Assembly (NCBI GenBank): GCA_965198235.1
Contig: OZ240248.1
Span: 1,056,001-1,120,000, forward strand
Direction of reading: 5' to 3'
Source: Candidatus Poribacteria bacterium
Lineage (GTDB): Bacteria > Poribacteria > WGA-4E > WGA-3G
Length of the DNA stretch: 64,000 nt
Shown piece after piece: positions 60,815 to 64,000 of this stretch. Each line of letters starts with the position of its first letter. Position 1 is the first letter of the stretch. The notes under the pieces were generated by a model. The model searched no databases, was not told the origin of the DNA, and worked only from the letters and a program-made list of their open reading frames with translations. The position numbers and the translations under genes are program-made.

Positions 60815-61837
60815 ACGTGAGTTTGAAAAAAGTTTAGTCGTTAGAAAAGCACCGGCAAATCGCTGATCTCCTGAAGTTCATGGATGTTCAGCGAGGGTTT
60901 GTTCTCCAACAACTGATACGCGATCAAAGCAGAGAAGACATTGACTTGGAAGTTTTCAAAACTTCTATGCCGACTGTGTTCCAACTGCATCTGTGTTTTG
61001 AGTTCCCGGATCACCGATTCAATCAGCATCCGCTTTTTCAGCAGCACTTCATCGGACACCGATAAGTCCAGCGGTTCCATGTTCTTACGGACTTTGTAAA
61101 CCAAGTTTACACCTTGCTCACGGAGTTCTTCGCGAAGGTCCTTGGAGATATACCCTCTATCTGCGTAGAGACTCCCGTGAAGTCGCTCTGCGAACTTTCG
61201 CAGCGGTTTGCGATCATCTATATTCCCGGGGGTCAACGCAACATCTAAGAGGGCACCTGTGTGATTGATAACGAGGTGAAGTTTAAACCCGTAAAACCAC
61301 CCCATAGACGTTTTTGAGCATTCCGCAACATCTGCGAAGACGCGATGTGAGGAAATCCGCCTGTTATCGCAGACTCGCACCCGTGTCGAATCCACGAAGG
61401 ATACACCGCTACAGTCTCCGAGGGTCGTGGCAAGATAAAGTCTCAAAAGCGTCAAGACTTCTTTTTTCAACTGCACCAAGCGCGTATAACTCACCAGGTG
61501 TGGGAACTCGGAGCGCCAATAGACGCAGGCATGTTTGAGATAAAAATGCTTAAACGTCCGATAGTTGCTTTGCTGGAAAGCGATCAGGATCGTCATCACC
61601 TCGCTCGGATGGAGCTGTCTCGGGCGCCCGCGTGTTTCAAGGGGGGTGTCTCAGGGAGGCACTGTGTTGACACCCATTTCTCATAAGCAAGAAAAAAGTC
61701 GTCTATTTCGCAGAAAAGTGCTATAATATCCATTGGAGAACTCCTTTTGGTTGAAGATAAACAATCTGAATAACTTCATTATACTAAAAGGGTTCTCTCT
61801 ATTCAAAAAATTGTTCAATTATTTATCAAACTCACGT
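60815..61837 (-). mobile_element. IS982-family insertion sequence
   Basis: Inverted repeats ACGTGAGTTTGA / TCAAACTCACGT; 8-bp flanking duplication TGATTTTA / TTATTTTA (1 mismatch). Confidence 0.9.
60841..61733 (-). pseudogene. IS982 transposase frameshifted at a C6 run
   Basis: MDIIALFCEIDDF start at 61733; frame breaks at 61641-61646; then SEVMTILI, FVDST, GWFYGFKLH, ADRGYIS, KRMLIESV. Confidence 0.8.
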
Positions 61838-62243
61838 TTATTTTAGCGACTGCGGTTTGGGTTACTACCTCTACGATTGCGTGCCGACCCTCTCTTATTT
61901 GCGACACCGTCCAGATTTCCAAGCACAGTGGTGTGCTTTTTTCAACGGGTATCAGAGGGTGCGATCGCTGCCAGTGAATTATAAAATGCAATTTGAGACG
62001 TTCACTGCTTTACGTACGATCTTCTTAGTTAACTGGGTTTGCAGCTTGCCAAATTCAATGCATCAACCGTGGATGGAAAGTTTCTTAAAAGAATCTGTCA
62101 GGCGGTTGAAGCATTACCTCCAGGAAGGATGGGTCCCCCTCCAGTTCAGTTAAATCAGATTGGAGGCCTGCCTTTTGTGTCGTAGGAAAATGGATAACAG
62201 TGCTAAAAGTGAAAATATCTGAAAATCCCCAAGCGAGGCATCA

Positions 62244-64000
62244 ATGAGAAAACAACAGCATACACCAACCATCACGGATACGATCTCTCTTCCCTTCATC
62301 ACTGAAATTTCTGTTGCCCCGGATGGGAAACGTGTTGCCTATGTGGCCCGAACGGCGGATTGGAAAGCAAACAGGTATGTCCTGACCTGCTATGTTCATA
62401 ACATTGATCAAAACGACACGCGGAAAATAGCAGAGGATGCTTGGCATCCGCGGTGGTTGGATGACAGGACGCTTGCGGTGCTGCGTCGCGATACAAAGGC
62501 ACATTTTGGTGAAAAGCCACAGATATGGATTTTCTGGGACGCTGATGTGAACGGCACGCAAATTACGGCCTCGCCGTCCGGTTTGGAGAAGTTCTGGTGC
62601 TACGGTAACGGGCTTATCTATCGGGCTGACGCACCCGCCGATGCTTGTGCTGTCGAACGAGAGCAGTGGTATGGCTCTTATGTTCATGTGGGTCGCGAAC
62701 AGCGAACAACCCAACTTTTCTATACGAGTTTGTCCAACGAAGAAACATCGATAGGCATGCTCTCGAACGATTCACCCCAAACGTTGAGGTTAACGGACAG
62801 TTTGGATGCGTCTTTGCAGATACGGGATCTCTGTGTATCAAGTAACGCTCTTTACCTGAACTGTCAATTTCAGCAGGATTTCGATGAGGTGTGGGTCTGG
62901 CGACTTGCCGCTAGTCCTGCGGAGCTAGAACAAATTGCTGTATCTGGAGTAGGTGGAGAATCGCTGCTGTCCTGGGAGCAACTGGATTTACCTGACAGGG
63001 CAGTTGTTCTAGATGTGGCTTCCGACGGGCAGACGCTTCTGCTCAACTGGGACGGGGGACGTTCTGAATTCTTTTCAAACGAACCGTGGTCGCTCTGGGC
63101 ATGTTCCCCATCTTCCGGGGCATCGGTATCGGACTTACGTTGTCTGACACCTCATTTTGAGAGTCAGATCCTTACGGCAGAATGGAACGCACAAAGCATT
63201 TATCTCCAATATATTGATGGCACAGTGCCCTGTCTCGCGCGACTTGACCCATCCAATGAGTTAACTGTTCTGGATTTCGGGGACGTGTATCCGCTTTACA
63301 CACCACCTTTCAAGTGTTTTGACATTTCCGATGCGGGAATCATGGCATTCGTGGCAGGCGGAGCGAACGATGTTCCGGACCTTGTTGTGGTCTCCGATGC
63401 GGAATGCTCACCTGCCCGATTCTGCTCAAGGCAGCGTCAGAAAATTACTGATTTCAGTACGCCTTGTAAGGACTGGGTACAGGGGACAAGAGAAACAGTT
63501 CACTGGGACAGTCGCGATGGTACAATGATTGAGGGTGTTTTGTTTAAGCCCGTTGATTTTGATCCTGCTCGAAAATATCCACTCGTCGTGATAGTTCATG
63601 GAGGTCCAGCAACAGCGTCCCTTCAACTTCAACTCGATTGGGAAGATCGCTGGTTTTATCCAACGCTTCAGTTCATCACTCGCGGAATTCTGGTACTCAA
63701 GCCTAACTACCGCGGTTCAGACGGGCGAGGACATGCTTTCCTTGAGTTGAACCACAGGAACATTGGGACAGGTGAATTGTGGGATGTGGAAAGTGGGATC
63801 GACCATCTGATTGCACAGGGATACGTAGATTCAGGGCATGTAGGCTGTGCGGGTTGGAGTTACGGAGGGTTCGTGGCGGCCTTTGCAGCGACACATTCAG
63901 ATTGCTTTGCCGCAGTAAGTGTAGGTGCGGGTATCACCAACTGGACGGTCTATCACGCCACATCTGAATTTCATCGTTTTGCTGAGAAGGTGTTCGGTGG
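62244..64000 (+). CDS. S9 family (prolyl oligopeptidase/acylaminoacyl) peptidase, runs off the window end
   Basis: Open frame from ATG 62244, absent from the ORF track: VAPDGKRVAY, YPLVVIVHGGP, PNYRGS, nucleophile GWSYGG. Confidence 0.9.
   Translation, partial: MRKQQHTPTITDTISLPFITEISVAPDGKRVAYVARTADWKANRYVLTCYVHNIDQNDTRKIAEDAWHPRWLDDRTLAVLRRDTKAHFGEKPQIWIFWDADVNGTQITASPSGLEKFWCYGNGLIYRADAPADACAVEREQWYGSYVHVGREQRTTQLFYTSLSNEETSIGMLSNDSPQTLRLTDSLDASLQIRDLCVSSNALYLNCQFQQDFDEVWVWRLAASPAELEQIAVSGVGGESLLSWEQLDLPDRAVVLDVASDGQTLLLNWDGGRSEFFSNEPWSLWACSPSSGASVSDLRCLTPHFESQILTAEWNAQSIYLQYIDGTVPCLARLDPSNELTVLDFGDVYPLYTPPFKCFDISDAGIMAFVAGGANDVPDLVVVSDAECSPARFCSRQRQKITDFSTPCKDWVQGTRETVHWDSRDGTMIEGVLFKPVDFDPARKYPLVVIVHGGPATASLQLQLDWEDRWFYPTLQFITRGILVLKPNYRGSDGRGHAFLELNHRNIGTGELWDVESGIDHLIAQGYVDSGHVGCAGWSYGGFVAAFAATHSDCFAAVSVGAGITNWTVYHATSEFHRFAEKVFG

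Larger units (their letters stand above)
60096..62153 (+). pseudogene. APH/homoserine-kinase-like phosphotransferase with two frameshifts and an IS982 insertion
   Basis: Reassembles as ...EFLWLSAL...VPEPV...FGMIHGDFQPANFLF...FIDF|SDCGLGYYLYD... Single-base losses near 60325 and 60744. Confidence 0.8.

Noticed and set aside
1-64000. tRNA, rRNA, reverse transcriptase (retron/DGR/group II intron), integrase or prophage genes
   Set aside because: None was recognisable by eye. A tRNAscan/Rfam/HMM run would be needed to exclude divergent ones.

Overview
Bacterial chromosomal window with the gene content and repeat landscape typical of Candidatus Poribacteria. That assignment is inference, based on four PhyH dioxygenases, three sulfatases and secreted LamG-type proteins sharing a C-terminal (A/P)VxPxxK-hydrophobic-xxxWxxxK tail. 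Housekeeping genes are transketolase, PPK2, maf, yajC-queA-ruvB-ruvA-ruvC-yebC and cydAB. Mobile DNA comprises an IS1380-like element, an IS701, an IS982 inside a phosphotransferase pseudogene, a degenerate tnpB IS200/IS605 element, and a protein-less IS200/IS605 element carrying an omega/HEARO-like RNA. The last sits exactly between the RBS and the ATGA start of a LamG gene. Three ORF-track fragments join into one secreted two-domain peroxiredoxin with two in-frame UGA (Sec) codons, each followed by a SECIS-like hairpin. An MNT-HEPN module is flanked by a duplicated gene 3' end. A dense set of nested, modular intergenic repeats abuts start and stop codons, has entered at least one coding sequence (maf) in frame, and brackets a cargo gene. 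All calls come from reading the sequence by eye; no database searches were run.
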